Virus record (IMG/VR): IMGVR_UViG_2928768511_000002
Location: 11,660-75,659 of that record
DNA from: a virus
Taxonomy: Duplodnaviria; Caudoviricetes
Reading direction: 5' to 3' (one strand)
Length of the DNA: 64,000 nt
Under the pieces are notes generated by a model. That model was not told the origin of the DNA, made no database searches, and was given only the letters and a program-made list of their open reading frames with translations. Position 1 is the first letter of the stretch. Each line of letters starts with the position of its first letter. Shown here one piece after another: positions 62,937-64,000 of this stretch. The position numbers and the translations under genes were made by a program.

Positions 62937-63555
62937 GCCCGTAGTCGAGACATCGCTTAGACATGTCTCGACTTCCATCTCCTCCTGGGAAGCCGATCGC
63001 AGCATTCGGTCGTCCTTCCCTCAGCATCCGCTCATTGCGGAACGGGCCAGCCGCGGCATCGTAGAGCTTGCCGCAACTGTTGCGCCTCACGACTGCTCCC
63101 GGCCGACTGATGTTGTCCCAGTCAGCCGGGTAGGGATCAACCGCAACGCCGCGGTCCTCGGCCCACTGTCGGGCCAGCCTGTCAGCTCCAGACATCTCGC
63201 CCTCAATGATGCAGGTGATTTTCCTGCGCGCATGGGCGGCATCGAGAACGGCGTACAGGCATCTTCTGTCGGAATAGTTGCGACCGCCGAATACGACCAC
63301 GCGATGGTTCGCCTTCAGCAGGATCGAGTCCCCATGGCAGCGGTGCGGCGCGCAGAAGCAGATCAGGTCCTTGCCGGTCAGGGCGTCGACGTCCATGTCC
63401 GGCAGCTGCACGCATTCGAAGCGATTGCAAACCTGGTCGCGGTCGCCGTGCTCGCCAATGACGAACCGGTTCCCGTAGGGCGAGCTGCGGCCGATGTACA
63501 CGGCGCCGGCCGGCGCGTTGCCGTGGTGCTTGTTGTAGACGCGAGGTGCCGTCAC
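62896..63555 (-). CDS. DUF4326 + YspA/SLOG fusion
   Basis: VYIGRSSPYGNRF...GKDLICFCAP..CHGD; VVFGGRNY, GADRLARQWA, AGPFRNERM, FPGGDGSRDM. Confidence 0.8.
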   Translation of the reverse strand: MTAPRVYNKHHGNAPAGAVYIGRSSPYGNRFVIGEHGDRDQVCNRFECVQLPDMDVDALTGKDLICFCAPHRCHGDSILLKANHRVVVFGGRNYSDRRCLYAVLDAAHARRKITCIIEGEMSGADRLARQWAEDRGVAVDPYPADWDNISRPGAVVRRNSCGKLYDAAAGPFRNERMLREGRPNAAIGFPGGDGSRDMSKRCLDYGLIPMSPGEVLCSS

Positions 63556-63700
63556 TGCACTATTCCAATCTTTGAGTTTTTGCTCTGCGGCGACTGAATC
63601 GGCGCCAGAGATCTATGACGAGTGGTGGAAAGTAATAGCCCGCAAAGGCGGCGGCGACAGCAAGCGGTGCCGCCAGGTAGAAAGGGATTTCGGACATGAG

Positions 63701-64000
63701 TTAGACGCGGGCCATCCATTTCGGCTGAATGGCTGTGCAGGCCCAGACGAGGGGGCCAAAGTAGCCGAGGATGGAGAAGCCGAAGAAGAGGTTGATCAGA
63801 AAGATGGCGAGGAATTGGTGGTGGCCGCGATGCGCAGCGACGGTGGCAGGCAAAAGATAGAGGTACCACCCAGCCATGATCACGAAGAGAAGCGGAATCC
63901 AGCGAATGTGGTCCGGCCAAGCCAGAATAATGAGCGGGAAAGTGAGAACAGAAAGGAGGAAGACGGTGATCGCCACAAATAGACGCCGTTTCGGCGGCAT
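63701..64000 (-). CDS. Superinfection immunity (Imm-like) membrane protein; start at the window edge
   Basis: YLLPATVAAHRGH...IFLINLFFG...LVWA. Confidence 0.75.
   Translation of the reverse strand: MPPKRRLFVAITVFLLSVLTFPLIILAWPDHIRWIPLLFVIMAGWYLYLLPATVAAHRGHHQFLAIFLINLFFGFSILGYFGPLVWACTAIQPKWMARV

Overview
The whole window reads as part of one large tailed phage or prophage (myovirus-like, over 64 kb) of a high-GC alphaproteobacterium, probably Bradyrhizobium or a relative (inferred from GC content and protein families). No integrase, repressor or replication gene was recognised, so both element ends lie outside the window. Layout: small accessory/early genes (0.1-7.9 kb); a degenerate tRNA cluster with a freestanding HNH gene; a displaced fibre cassette, holin and thioredoxin (8.5-12.5 kb); terS, terL, DUF4055 portal, scaffold and major capsid; Mu-like neck genes; P2-like baseplate, fibres, sheath, tube, frameshifted chaperone, tape measure, gpU/X/D; endolysin and spanins; metallophosphoesterase and dNMP kinase; a ~9.5 kb defence-like island (DUF5131-TcmP, YeeA/B/C-type MTase-helicase-GIY-YIG, PIN); and a leftward early operon (Lar, macro-like, MT-A70, dCMP deaminase, DUF4326-SLOG, Imm). 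The best candidate for an undescribed system is a six-gene cassette in the tail module (29995-33731): a 77-aa protein ending in NCACACACACGK, a radical SAM/SPASM enzyme, an AspH-like 2OG oxygenase and a GNAT-like protein, which suggests RiPP-style post-translational modification of a virion component. Other notable signals are a dispersed 16-bp palindrome (7 intergenic copies), three 17-bp palindromes at 22-bp period, structured intergenic RNAs near terL and tRNA-Asn, and a tRNA-Trp with a 4-bp anticodon stem. All family assignments come from motif recognition, not database searches.
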